The notes under the pieces: generated by a model
Databases searched by the model: none
Told to the model about the DNA's origin: nothing
The model's input: only the letters and a program-made list of their open reading frames with translations
Shown here: positions 31,251 to 40,907 of the stretch, one piece after another
Layout: each line of letters opens with the position of its first letter
How positions within the stretch are numbered: the stretch's first letter is position 1
Program-made: the position numbers and the translations under genes
Source of the DNA: Longimicrobiales bacterium
GTDB taxonomy: Bacteria > Gemmatimonadota > Gemmatimonadetes > Longimicrobiales > Gaopeijiaceae
Direction: 5' to 3'
Assembly: GCA_965203485.1 (NCBI GenBank)
Contig: OZ241892.1
Coordinates: forward strand, 3,296,001 to 3,360,000
Length of the DNA stretch: 64,000 nucleotides

Positions 31251-31871
31251 TCAGCTCTCCTCCCGCCTGTCCAGTTCGACCGGTGTCGCGACACGGCTGT
31301 TCGCCAACGGCTCGCCCGGAGCTGGCCGTTCCAGGAAGGTGATGCTTTCGTAGTGGTCGTCCAAGGCGACGAACGTACCGTTGCGCTCCGCCCATTCGCG
31401 CATCCGGCGGTTGCAGCTGTGCCGCCACGACAGAACTTCGATGCGCCATCCCCGATTGTGCATTCTCTCCAGGTCGGCATGGAAGCCGACGCCCGAGTCG
31501 AACCCCGCGCCGTCTCCCGTGAGCAGCACGGCGGTTCCGGGGTCTCCATTGTGGTCGAAGGCGTCGCGAAGCATCGCCGTCTGGAGCATCTGGTCGACTC
31601 CCTGTTCTCCTCCGTGCATGGCGCCGCGCTCCAGCAGATGCACCGTGACGCCCTCGTTCTCCAAGCGGTTCCACACGTGGCGCAGCTCCGGCGGGATCGA
31701 GCCGACGGCCGCCGCGTGCTCGACCGCGCGCCCGGCCCGCGCCAGTTGCAGCAAGTGGCCGAAGTGCACCCTCACGCGGAACCGGGTTGCCTCCCCCTCG
31801 CGCCCGGCCGCAACATCCTTGGCGCCGATGAAGATGTTGGAATTGTCCCAGTAGACGAATGCTCTGTCCAT
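31251..31871 (-). CDS. NYN-domain (PIN-like) putative RNase
   Basis: VYWDNSNI, EQGVD, VLLTGDG acidic motifs. Confidence 0.88.
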   Translation of the reverse strand: MDRAFVYWDNSNIFIGAKDVAAGREGEATRFRVRVHFGHLLQLARAGRAVEHAAAVGSIPPELRHVWNRLENEGVTVHLLERGAMHGGEQGVDQMLQTAMLRDAFDHNGDPGTAVLLTGDGAGFDSGVGFHADLERMHNRGWRIEVLSWRHSCNRRMREWAERNGTFVALDDHYESITFLERPAPGEPLANSRVATPVELDRREES

Positions 31872-31910
31872 TTCTCTTCGTCCGCTCGGGGGGGCGGTCT
31901 ACGCCGAAAC

Positions 31911-32846
31911 CTAGGCCTTCCGGCAGTATCGGGCAAGCCCCCGCCAGGAGTCTTCGAAGCTCGAGGCGACGGCGTACCGGGCGGCGAGGCCGGGGCCGGC
32001 GACGGCTTCGAGGCGTTCGCGGACGGTGCGGGCGAATGCCGACGCCGCGGCGTCCGGGTCGGTGGAGGGGTCGGCGAGCGAGGCTCGGACGGAAGCGGTC
32101 CAGCACTCGAGTTCGTTCTCCAGCTGGGCGAAGTGCGAACGGGCGTCTTCGTAGGCGCCGAAGTGCGTGGGCACGATGCGTTCCGGGCTCCAGTCGAGGA
32201 CGCGGCGCATGCTGGCGGTCCAGAGCGCGGGATCGATGTCCGGGGGCGGCGTGACGGGCATCGCGGGGCCGCCGCCGATGCGAATGCCGCCCACGTCGCC
32301 CAGCCAAGCGGTCTTGGCCGCTTCCTCGTAGTACGCCACGTGGTGCTTGGCGTGGCCGGGCACGTAGGCGACCTGGAGGCGTCGTTCGCCGAGCACGATC
32401 TCGTCTCCCTCGCCGGCTTCGCGGATCGCGGCCGCGGGCACGGGCACGAATTCGCCCCAGAGAGTCGCCATGGCGTCGCCGTACAGACGCTCGGCCGAGG
32501 CCAGCAGGCGCGCCGGATCGATCATGTGGCGGGCGCCCGCCGGGTGAACGTGCACGAGGGCGTCGGGAACGGCCCGGACGACAGCGCCCGCCGCCGTGGC
32601 ATGATCCAGATGGATGTGCGTGAGCAGCACCGCCCGCACGTCGTCCAAGGAGCGCCCCAGGGCCGCCAAGCCGTCCCGCAAGGCGTCCAAGCACGCTTCG
32701 GGCCCCGGGTCCACCAGCGCGATTCCGGCCTCGGTCTCCAGAACGCCCGTTCCGATCACGCCCGGCGACCCTTGGTGCAGCAGGTCCACGACCGACGTGC
32801 CGGGGGCGACGCGCAACGGAGCGCTCGCTACCCGGCCTTCCGTCAA
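31911..32846 (-). CDS. MBL-fold metallo-hydrolase (start approximate)
   Basis: THIHLDHA, PGHAKHH, GD, PTHFG. Confidence 0.92.
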   Translation of the reverse strand: MTEGRVASAPLRVAPGTSVVDLLHQGSPGVIGTGVLETEAGIALVDPGPEACLDALRDGLAALGRSLDDVRAVLLTHIHLDHATAAGAVVRAVPDALVHVHPAGARHMIDPARLLASAERLYGDAMATLWGEFVPVPAAAIREAGEGDEIVLGERRLQVAYVPGHAKHHVAYYEEAAKTAWLGDVGGIRIGGGPAMPVTPPPDIDPALWTASMRRVLDWSPERIVPTHFGAYEDARSHFAQLENELECWTASVRASLADPSTDPDAAASAFARTVRERLEAVAGPGLAARYAVASSFEDSWRGLARYCRKA

Positions 32847-32997
32847 GGCAGGCCCTCGCAACCTTGCGCGGCCAGGCGCCCGAGGAACGTGGCGTCGTCG
32901 CACCGCCGACCGCTTTCCGTCAACAAAGCTCCTCCTCGCCTCCTCGCACGTGCTCGTCCGCCCCCCGCGGCCCTCCGCATGTCCCCAACGCTTCCCG

Positions 32998-34578
32998 TCA
33001 ACGCTCGTCCTCGCCGCCCCGCACGGCCTGCCCCGGATACGGGCCCACGACGTGCCGCCCAAGCCTGATCACGGGCACCCCTCCCACTACCACGAACCAC
33101 ATCCCCCGCGACGGAATGTTGGGCACTGCGTACGTGGCCCGGTCGCCCACGACCCTCGGATTGAAGATCGCCAAGTCCGCGTCGGCTCCCACCTGGACTC
33201 GGCCCTTGCGCGCCATCGCCGGCGCCGCGCCCCGCACGCGCTCGGCGGGAAGCAACGTCATCTTGGCCAGCGCGTCCATGAGCGAAAGGGTGCCGCGTTC
33301 GCGAACGTAGCGTCCCAGAATGCGGGTGAAGGTGCCCGCGCCGCGCGGATGCACCGCCGCGTGGAGGAAGGGAATGCCGTCGCTGGCGGCGATCACGTCG
33401 GGCTGGGCGACGATCCATTCGTTCGTCTCCTCGCTGCGCCCGTGGATCACGACCCAGCCGCCCTGCTCCCGGTACTCGCGGAAGGAGCGCGCGTCCAGCC
33501 GTTCCTCGCGGCCCGGCCGCTGCAAGCGAGCGTAAGCGGAATCGGCCCGTCCCTCCCACGAATCGAACAGCGCCGACTCGATGAAGGTGGCCGACGCGGT
33601 GTAGGGATAGGCTTCCGTGGTCACGTCCAGTCCCCGGCCCCTGGCGCCGCGGATCATCTCCAGCGCCTGCTCCGCCTGCTCGCCCGCGCTCGAGTTCAGG
33701 TGCACCACGTGGGCCGCCGCGCCCGTGCCCGCCGCGTTGGCGATCACCTCCTGGAACGGCTCCAGCGCCCCGCCTTCCCCAGCGGCGCGCAAGTGGACGT
33801 AGGCCGGCACGTTTCGCCGCGCCGCCGACTCGAACAAGCGAAGGACTTCCGTCCGCGAGGCGCCCGGCGTGTAGGTGATGCCGAAGCCGTAGCCCAGGCC
33901 GCCCTCGTCCAAGCCCGCCTCCATGAGCGCGGCCAGTTCGGCGATGCGCCCGTCGTCCAAGGTCTCGTAGACGATGTCGGAGCCCATCGAGGCATTGCCT
34001 TGTCCCGGCGGTTGCGTGGGTTGATGGCCCACGTCCACCCCGGTGATCAGCTTCGCGCGGGCCCCCGGATGACTGACTGTCGCGCCGTAGTTGATGAGCG
34101 CCCGGCCCTCGCGCGACTCGTACCAGGGGGCGACCGGGTAGACGCCCACTTCCATCTCCAGGGCCGTGGTGACGCCGTCCATCGCCTGAAGCTTCGCGCT
34201 TGCCGAGTCCTGTCCATGGGCGTGGAGGTCGATGAATCCGGGCGCGACGATCAAGCCCTCCGCATCGAGCGTGTCGCGGCCCGTGAGCGGATCCTCGGTC
34301 AGGGCGGCGATGAGGCCGTCGCGGACGCCGACGTTGCGGGGCGCGTCCAGTCCCGTCTCCGGATCCATGACGCGGCCGCCGAGCACGACCAGGTCGTGGG
34401 GGTTCGAGCAGCCGGCCAGCGTCGAGCCGGCCAGCAACGCGAAGAACGCGCGGCGAAAGAGAGCGGCCGCCGCGCGGAGAAGGAAACCGGCATGCGGAGA
34501 GGGCCGTCGGCGCGCGGTTCGGAAGGAGTCGGCCGAGCGCGCGGCGGCTTCGCGGTCACGGTCGCATTGGAGCGTCAT
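32998..34578 (-). CDS. Amidohydrolase, N-acyl-D-amino-acid deacylase-like, probable lipoprotein
   Basis: APGFIDLHAH, DGVTTALE, YVHLR, TEAYPY, ASDG, HPRGAGT, GADADL; LAGC lipobox. Confidence 0.88.
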   Translation of the reverse strand: MTLQCDRDREAAARSADSFRTARRRPSPHAGFLLRAAAALFRRAFFALLAGSTLAGCSNPHDLVVLGGRVMDPETGLDAPRNVGVRDGLIAALTEDPLTGRDTLDAEGLIVAPGFIDLHAHGQDSASAKLQAMDGVTTALEMEVGVYPVAPWYESREGRALINYGATVSHPGARAKLITGVDVGHQPTQPPGQGNASMGSDIVYETLDDGRIAELAALMEAGLDEGGLGYGFGITYTPGASRTEVLRLFESAARRNVPAYVHLRAAGEGGALEPFQEVIANAAGTGAAAHVVHLNSSAGEQAEQALEMIRGARGRGLDVTTEAYPYTASATFIESALFDSWEGRADSAYARLQRPGREERLDARSFREYREQGGWVVIHGRSEETNEWIVAQPDVIAASDGIPFLHAAVHPRGAGTFTRILGRYVRERGTLSLMDALAKMTLLPAERVRGAAPAMARKGRVQVGADADLAIFNPRVVGDRATYAVPNIPSRGMWFVVVGGVPVIRLGRHVVGPYPGQAVRGGEDER

Positions 34579-34761
34579 GACGGTTAATGTCGGCGGATTC
34601 GGAGGCGACAGCAACAACACTCGGGGCAGGTAGCCTGCGACGGGCCCTGGGCGTGGTTGCTGCGCCGGTCCGGCGCCCAGCCGGAGGCCCACTCGCAGGG
34701 CGAGCGTCGCCGGTGGCCGCGCGGACAACGTAAAGCTCTTGCGAAGAACCGGGGCCAGCCC

Positions 34762-35382
34762 ATGAGCGATTCGGACAACCAGTGGTGGGCCGAGGGCCTG
34801 CTCTTCGAGAATTGCAACTGCACGGCGGTGTGCCCCGGACATGTTCATTTCAGCCAACGCTGCACGCACGAGGCGTGTCACGGCTTCTGGGCCGTCCGGT
34901 TCGAGAAGGGCCTGCACGAGGGAACCGACCTTTCGGGCGCCGACGCCGTCGTGATCTTCGAGTCTCCCCAAGTGATGATCCAGGGGGGCTGGAAGCAGCG
35001 GATCGTCGTGTCCGACCGGGCGGCGAAGGCGCAGGTCCAAGCCGTCGACGCCATCCTGAAGGGGGAGAGCGGCGGGCCGTGGTCCGTCCTCTCCGGCTTC
35101 GTGGGCCAGCGGCTCTCGACGCGGACGGCTCCCGTGCGGATCGCGGACGGCCCGACCAGGAAGTCCGTGACGGTCGCGGGCGTCCTGGAAGGCGTGGTCG
35201 AGGCCATAAAGGGAAGGGACCGCGCCCGGCCGGTCGTCTTCGAGAACATCTACAACCAAATCCACGACTCGCGGCAGGTGATCGCGCGCGGCTCCACGCG
35301 GTGCGACGACGACGGCGGCATCGTGATTCGGACCGAGGGCACGCACGGGCTCTGGTCGCGGTTCCGGTGGGCGGGACCTTGA
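34762..35382 (+). CDS. DUF1326 family protein
   Basis: FENCNC..VCP..H....C....C, terminal FRWAGP. Confidence 0.85.
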   Translation: MSDSDNQWWAEGLLFENCNCTAVCPGHVHFSQRCTHEACHGFWAVRFEKGLHEGTDLSGADAVVIFESPQVMIQGGWKQRIVVSDRAAKAQVQAVDAILKGESGGPWSVLSGFVGQRLSTRTAPVRIADGPTRKSVTVAGVLEGVVEAIKGRDRARPVVFENIYNQIHDSRQVIARGSTRCDDDGGIVIRTEGTHGLWSRFRWAGP

Positions 35383-35472
35383 CCGGCGGTCGATGAGCGC
35401 CTGGACACGCTCGCGCATGTCGCTCCGGTCGCCGTCGGTCCGTGCCGGAGGGTCCGCGCCGGAGTTGCTCCG

Positions 35473-36114
35473 GTGGATGGAGCCTTGACCGGTTCGTCGA
35501 GCTATTTCTCCGCCCTCGGAATGTGGACGGCGATGACGGCCGCCATGATGACGCCGGTGGTGGTTCCGTGGGTCGGGGCGGTCGGCCGCGCGGAAGCTCG
35601 GCGAAGCGGCCGGGGCCCCGTTGTGGCGGTGGCGCCTTTTGCCTTGGGGTACGCCGTGGCATGGGCGGGATTCGCGGCGCTTGCCGGCGGTGGACAGCAC
35701 CTCCTGGCCGAGTCGGGGTTGCGCGTGCCCTTCGCCCGCGAGGCGCCGGCGCTGGCGGCGGGGGTCGTGGTTCTCGCCGGCGCGTTTCAGTTCACGGCAT
35801 TGAAGCGGGCATGCTTGGCGCACTGCCGCTCGCCGGCGGGCTATCTGCTGACGCGGTGGCGCCCGGGCAGGCTCGGTCTGGCGCGGCTCGGCGTCTCCCA
35901 CGGACTCTACTGCATAGGCTGTTGCTGGGCCCTCATGGCTCTTGCGTTCGTCGTCGGGATGGCTAACGTCTTGTGGATGGGGCTGATGGCGCTTCTGATG
36001 TTCGCGGAGACCGCGTTGCCCGGCGGCGGCCGGTTGACCAAGCCGGCGGGCGCCTTGTTGGTTCTCGTGGGCGCGGCCATGGCGATCTGGGCCGTTTGGG
36101 CGCCCAGCGCATGA
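35473..36114 (+). CDS. DUF2182 family metal-binding membrane protein
   Basis: MWTAMTAAMM.P, FQFT.LK.ACL..CR.P, GLYCIGCCWALM. Confidence 0.88.
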   Translation: MDGALTGSSSYFSALGMWTAMTAAMMTPVVVPWVGAVGRAEARRSGRGPVVAVAPFALGYAVAWAGFAALAGGGQHLLAESGLRVPFAREAPALAAGVVVLAGAFQFTALKRACLAHCRSPAGYLLTRWRPGRLGLARLGVSHGLYCIGCCWALMALAFVVGMANVLWMGLMALLMFAETALPGGGRLTKPAGALLVLVGAAMAIWAVWAPSA

Positions 36115-36842
36115 AGGTCGCGCTGCTCGTCACCTGTCTCGCGGACCACTACTTCGCGAATGCCGCCGCAGACGCGGTTCGCCTCTTGCGCCACTTGGGA
36201 TGCGAAGTCGTCTTCCCCGAGGACCAGACCTGTTGCGGCCAGCCGGCCCATACCGCCGGCCGGGCCGCGGACGCGGCGCGCATGACGGAGCACACGACCC
36301 GCGTGTTCGCCGAAGCGGCGCCTTTGGACGCGGTGGTGGCGCCCAGCGGCTCGTGCGCCGCAATGGTCCGAAGGGTCTATCCGAGCCTCGTCGTGGCCCA
36401 GCCCGCGTCCACGGCCGCGTTGGCCGCCAAGACCTGCGAGCTGGCGGAGTTCCTGGTCCGCCGCTTGAGAGTGGAGCGCTTGGGGACGGGGCTCGGCGGA
36501 CGGCGCGTCGCTCTGCACCACGGATGCCACGGCCTGCGCGAACTGGGACTCGAGTCCGAAGCCCGCGTCCTGCTCGAAGGGGCGGGCGCGGAAGTCGTTT
36601 CGTGGGCGGCGGACCGGGAATGCTGCGGGTTCGGAGGACTGTTCTCGGCCAAGTTCCCCGAGGTTTCCGTGGCCATGGCGGACCGCAAGCTCGACGACCT
36701 GCCCGAAGCCGACTGGCTCGTTTCGGGCGACCCCGGATGTCTGCTGCAACTCGAAGGAAGAAGCCGCGCGCGCGGCCTGGACGCGAAATGCGTGCATCTG
36801 GCGACGGCGCTGTGGAAGGGAGTCGCCCGTGGGGATCGGTGA
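36111..36842 (+). CDS. lutA: Lactate utilisation protein A-like (CCG Fe-S)
   Basis: QTCCGQPA, PSGSC, HHGCH, ECCGFGGLFS, DPGCL; ATGA overlap. Confidence 0.88.
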   Translation: MKVALLVTCLADHYFANAAADAVRLLRHLGCEVVFPEDQTCCGQPAHTAGRAADAARMTEHTTRVFAEAAPLDAVVAPSGSCAAMVRRVYPSLVVAQPASTAALAAKTCELAEFLVRRLRVERLGTGLGGRRVALHHGCHGLRELGLESEARVLLEGAGAEVVSWAADRECCGFGGLFSAKFPEVSVAMADRKLDDLPEADWLVSGDPGCLLQLEGRSRARGLDAKCVHLATALWKGVARGDR

Positions 36843-38256
36843 CGCCGTGCGCGGCGACGCTTCGGCACGGCGCTCCGGCAGTCGGTATCGCGTCCTCTCG
36901 AGGCGGATCATCGGCGGCGCTCCCGAAGTTCGCGAAGCGGTGACGGAGGCCACGCTCTCCTTCGACCGAAAGCGCGAGCAGGCGTACGCGGAGGTGGAAG
37001 CGGACGCGTGGCGCTCGTGGGCGCAGGACGTCAAGAATCACGTCCTCGGCCGGCTGGACCACTACTTGGCCGAGGCAGAGACGCGGCTGACGGACCACGG
37101 CGCCTGCGTGCACTGGGCCGCCGGCGCGCGCGAGGCGCAGGAGATCGTGATCCGCTTGGCGGCGAAAGCGCGGGCCAAGACCGTCGTCAAGGGCAAGAGC
37201 ATGCTCTCCGAGGAAATCGGCTTGAACACGGCGCTGGAGCAGGCCGGCATAGCCGTCTTCGAGACTGACCTCGGCGAGTACGTCCTCCAGCTGCTGGGAG
37301 AGTCGCCGAGCCATATTGTCGGGCCCGCGATTCACAAGAATCTGGAGCAAGTCCAGCGTCTATTCGCCGAGCGCCTGGGCACCCCGCCGTCCAGCCGTCC
37401 CGGCGAACTCGCCCAGGCTGCCCGTCGCGTGCTCCGCGAAGCCTTCGCAAGCGCCGACATGGGAATCACCGGCGCCAACTTCGTAGTGGCGGAAACGGGG
37501 ACCGTCGCCCTCGTCGAGAACGAAGGGAACATCCGCCTGGCCACATCCCTTCCCAAGGTGCACGTCGTCCTCGCGGGCATCGAGAAGCTGTTGCCTCGCA
37601 TGAGCGATCTGGCCGGCTTCCTTCAACTCACCGCCCGCGCCGCGACCGGCCAGCCGCTGGGAAGCTTCGTCACCCTTGTACAAGGTCCGGCCGCGCAGCC
37701 CGGCGACGACGGCCCCCAGGAAGTCCACGTCGTCTTCCTGGACAACGGACGCACGTCCGTGCTCGAGCACGAGCACGCCTGGGAAGTCCTGCGTTGCGTC
37801 CGTTGCGGCGCCTGCCTGAACGCTTGTCCCGTGTACCGCCAGACCGGCGGCCACGCCTACGGCTCGGTCTATTCGGGGCCGGTGGGCGCCGTCCTCAACC
37901 CCGCCCTCGACGGCCTGCGCCAAGCCATGCCGTTGCCGTTCGCGTCGTCGCTGTGCGGCGCGTGCGGCGACGCTTGCCCCGTCCGCATTCCCATTCCCGA
38001 GCTTCTGGTGCGCTGGCGCCAAGAAGCGGCGGAGGCCGGCTTGGCGCCGAGGACGGAGCAGGCGGCGCTGTCGGCGTTCACGAAGGCCGCCGCCCACCCG
38101 GCCGTCTTTCGCTTGGCCGGCAGGGCGGGAACCCGGCTCGGCGCGACCAAGGTTGCGCGGACATTGCCGACGATTGGCGCATGGGGCCGCGAACGAGCAT
38201 TGCCTCGCCCCAGCGGTCGCACTTTCCGAGACCTCTGGCGGGAGGGCGTCGAATGA
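36829..38256 (+). CDS. lutB: Lactate utilisation protein B-like (Fe-S)
   Basis: KGKSM..EEI, ETDLGEY, NEGN, CVRCGACLNACPVY, SSLCGAC..ACPV. Confidence 0.92.
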   Translation: MGIGDAVRGDASARRSGSRYRVLSRRIIGGAPEVREAVTEATLSFDRKREQAYAEVEADAWRSWAQDVKNHVLGRLDHYLAEAETRLTDHGACVHWAAGAREAQEIVIRLAAKARAKTVVKGKSMLSEEIGLNTALEQAGIAVFETDLGEYVLQLLGESPSHIVGPAIHKNLEQVQRLFAERLGTPPSSRPGELAQAARRVLREAFASADMGITGANFVVAETGTVALVENEGNIRLATSLPKVHVVLAGIEKLLPRMSDLAGFLQLTARAATGQPLGSFVTLVQGPAAQPGDDGPQEVHVVFLDNGRTSVLEHEHAWEVLRCVRCGACLNACPVYRQTGGHAYGSVYSGPVGAVLNPALDGLRQAMPLPFASSLCGACGDACPVRIPIPELLVRWRQEAAEAGLAPRTEQAALSAFTKAAAHPAVFRLAGRAGTRLGATKVARTLPTIGAWGRERALPRPSGRTFRDLWREGVE

Positions 38257-38909
38257 AGGCCCGCGTTCGGGACTCGGCGGCGGCGCCGGACCGGGTCCGC
38301 ATCCTGACCCGAATCGCGCGGGCGAACGCCGGACGGAACGCCCTTCCTCATCCGGGCCGCCTGGAGACGCCGGCGCCGCCCGATCCGGCCGCCGCGTTTG
38401 CGGCCAAGTTTGCGGCGAGCGGAGGCGAAGTCGTCGTGTTGGACGAGGCGGCGGGGGACTCGGCCGGCAGGGAGCGCTCTCCGGGGGAATGGCTCGGCGA
38501 CTTCGTTGCCGGGCTGGGATTGGAGACGCCGGGCGTTGCGGTCGGGGCCCGCGTGCCGGTCGACTTGCGCCCGCCCGTCGCCTTCGCACCGCCGGAGACC
38601 GCAGGCGTGGGCGTGTGCCTCGCCTGGGCCGCCGTAGCAGAGACGGGTAGCTTGGTTCTGGAGTCCACCGGCGGACGGGCGGCGCAGCTGTTGCCGCCCG
38701 TCCTTGTCGTTTGGGTGCAACGGATATTCGGCCGGCTGGCCGACGCGCTGGCCGAAATGGCGCCTTCGTTGCCTGCCGCGATGGGACTGCACTCCGGCCC
38801 CAGCAAGTCGGCGGACATCGGCGGAACGGTAGTGACCGGCGTCCACGGTCCCGGACGGTGCATTGCCGTGTTGGACTGGCCGAGCGCGCCGAGTCGGCGA
38901 CGGCTATGA
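38253..38909 (+). CDS. lutC: Lactate utilisation protein C-like (LUD domain)
   Basis: AVAETGS, SGPSKSADI...GVHGP. Confidence 0.88.
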   Translation: MKARVRDSAAAPDRVRILTRIARANAGRNALPHPGRLETPAPPDPAAAFAAKFAASGGEVVVLDEAAGDSAGRERSPGEWLGDFVAGLGLETPGVAVGARVPVDLRPPVAFAPPETAGVGVCLAWAAVAETGSLVLESTGGRAAQLLPPVLVVWVQRIFGRLADALAEMAPSLPAAMGLHSGPSKSADIGGTVVTGVHGPGRCIAVLDWPSAPSRRRL

Positions 38910-38911
38910 GA

Positions 38912-39160
38912 TCCGCCCCCGCCCCCCCGCCCCGAAGAGTCGCCTGCACGCTCTGATGAGGGTCGTCCGTTGGACGCGGTGTCTCGTCGCAGGCTTGATC
39001 GTCTGGGCCGTGGCCAGGGACATCGCGGCGATCGACCAGACCGACTGGATTCTCCGCCAAGGCGACGCGCCGGACGCCGTCCACTGGGATCACGACCTCC
39101 ATTGGAGCACGCGTGGCCATCAACGGGCGGCCCGAAGCCCTCTCTTGCGTTGTTGGAGGA
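38912..39160 (+). pseudogene. Internally deleted remnant of an SGNH-hydrolase paralogue
   Basis: C-rich tract, then LVAGL, joined to IAAIDQTDWILRQG...VHWDHDLHWSTRGHQRAA, matching both ends of 19870-21046; limits approximate. Confidence 0.75.
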
Positions 39161-39245
39161 GCGTCCGGAGATCCGCCACGGACGACGGCCGCGCGATTCG
39201 GAGCGTCGAGATCGTCGTTGCCGTCGGGCGCCGCTTGACGGGGAC

Positions 39246-40079
39246 ATGACCCTCGCCGTCGCCTTTCTCGGCCCCGAGGGCACTTACAGCGAGGAGGCGG
39301 CCCTTGCCCACGATCCCCGGGCTCGCCGTGTGCCTTGCGCCAGCATTGCGGCGGCCATCCGGGCGGCGGACCGCGGGGAAGCGGACGAGGTCGTCGTGCC
39401 CGTCGAGAACAGCCTCGAGGGCGCCGTTACGTCCACGACGGACCTCCTGATCCACGAGACGGCGCTGAAGATCAAGCGCGAGATCGTCGTCCCAATCCGC
39501 CATTGCCTCGTCGTGCCGCCGGGAGCGAAAGGAGCTCGGTTGGCCGGCGTCGCCGTCGTGTTCTCCCATCCTCAGGGGGCGGCGCAGTGCAGGGGCTACC
39601 TCGAGCGGCGCCTTCCCAAGGCGGCCTTTTCGGCGTCGCTCAGCACCGCCGCGGCCGTCAAGGACATGCTTCGGAGCGACCGGCCCGCCGCGGCCGTGTC
39701 CAGCCGCCGCGCGGCGGAGCTCTTCGGCGCGGTCGTCGCCGCGCACGGCATCGAGGACGCCGCGCACAACCAGACTCGGTTCGTGGTCCTGGGCGCCGCC
39801 GACGCCGCTCCCACGGGCCGGGACAAGACGTCCATCTGCTTCGACTTCAGCCACGACGGGCCCGGGATTCTCCACAACGCCTTGGGCGAGCTCGCCTCGC
39901 GCGGCATCAACATGCTCAAGATCGAGTCCAGGCCCGACAAGCGGAGCCCGGGCCGGTACTTCTTCCTTCTGGACGTGGAGGGCCACCGAACCGACCCCGC
40001 CGTGGAAGAGGCCCTGGCGTGCATTGCGAAGCCCGCCGCGTCGTTCAAGGTGCTGGGGTCCTACCCGAGGGCGGATTGA
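39246..40079 (+). CDS. pheA: Prephenate dehydratase
   Basis: FLGPEGTYSEEA, VPVENS.EG, SHPQ..AQC, NQTRF, ACT-domain IESRP. Confidence 0.95.
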   Translation: MTLAVAFLGPEGTYSEEAALAHDPRARRVPCASIAAAIRAADRGEADEVVVPVENSLEGAVTSTTDLLIHETALKIKREIVVPIRHCLVVPPGAKGARLAGVAVVFSHPQGAAQCRGYLERRLPKAAFSASLSTAAAVKDMLRSDRPAAAVSSRRAAELFGAVVAAHGIEDAAHNQTRFVVLGAADAAPTGRDKTSICFDFSHDGPGILHNALGELASRGINMLKIESRPDKRSPGRYFFLLDVEGHRTDPAVEEALACIAKPAASFKVLGSYPRAD

Positions 40080-40261
40080 GCCGCACCGCCCGCCCGCCGA
40101 ACCAGCGGCCGGTCCGTGGTCGCGCGCCGTCTTCGTGCGACATCCTGCCCGAAGGGGTATGTTCGACCCGGCTTCCGAAGCGCAACCCATGCGTCGGCGC
40201 CCGTCGCGTCCGGCGGCCCGCGCTTCCGTCACTTCGTTTCCGAAGAGGAGACCCATTCAGC

Positions 40262-40864
40262 ATGAGGACATCACGCATTGCAGCAGCCGGCGCTCTCGCC
40301 TTGCTGGCCTGCCAACCGGGCGGCGAAGCCGGATACGCCAGCGGCGGAGACGCCGAGACCGAGCCGTCTTCCGCGCCTTCCGTCTACACGGACATTGAGG
40401 CCGACTTGGCAACCGTCGAAGAAAAGCTGGTCGGCCTGGCCGAGGCCATGAACGAAGAGCAGTACGGATGGCGGCCCATGGAGGGCGTGCGGTCGGCCCG
40501 CGAGCTGTTCATGCACGTGACCGCGGACAACTACTTGTTGCCGGTGCTGGCGGGCGTTCCAGCGCCGGAACGCACCAAGATCACGGACGACTACCAGACG
40601 GCCCTCGACTTCGAGGCAAGCGTCACCGAGCGGCAAGCGGTCATCGACGAGATGAAGGCGTCGTTCGCCCACTTGCGCGAGGCGCTGGCGGCCGCCGATC
40701 CGGCCATGGCGGGCGACGAGCTCACCTTCTTCGGCCGCACGTCCACTGTCCAGGGGCTGTGGCTCCTCACCACCTTCCACCTCCACGAGCATCTCGGCAA
40801 TGCGATCACCTACGCCCGCGCCAACCAAGTCGTTCCGCCGTGGAGCCAAGGCCAGGGCGGATAG
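40262..40864 (+). CDS. DinB family lipoprotein
   Basis: LLAC lipobox; LAEAM..EQY.WRP.EGVRS..E..MH, HLHEHLG...YAR....PPWS. Confidence 0.88.
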   Translation: MRTSRIAAAGALALLACQPGGEAGYASGGDAETEPSSAPSVYTDIEADLATVEEKLVGLAEAMNEEQYGWRPMEGVRSARELFMHVTADNYLLPVLAGVPAPERTKITDDYQTALDFEASVTERQAVIDEMKASFAHLREALAAADPAMAGDELTFFGRTSTVQGLWLLTTFHLHEHLGNAITYARANQVVPPWSQGQGG

Positions 40865-40885
40865 CCCGGGCCCGCGGGCCCGGGC
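40864..40885. other. Perfect 22-bp palindrome between genes
   Basis: GCCCGGGCCCGCGGGCCCGGGC is its own reverse complement; function unknown. Confidence 0.6.
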
Positions 40886-40907
40886 GGTCGTGGACGAGCG
40901 AGGCTCG

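Noticed and set aside
35380..35382. TGA read-through or selenocysteine fusing DUF1326 to in-frame DUF2182
   Set aside because: DUF1326 ends at its usual W.GP terminus, the codon is not at a Cys-like position and no SECIS was recognisable.
34579..35901. N-terminal extension of the 967-aa minus-strand ORF
   Set aside because: It is the antisense shadow of DUF1326/DUF2182; the amidohydrolase starts near 34578.
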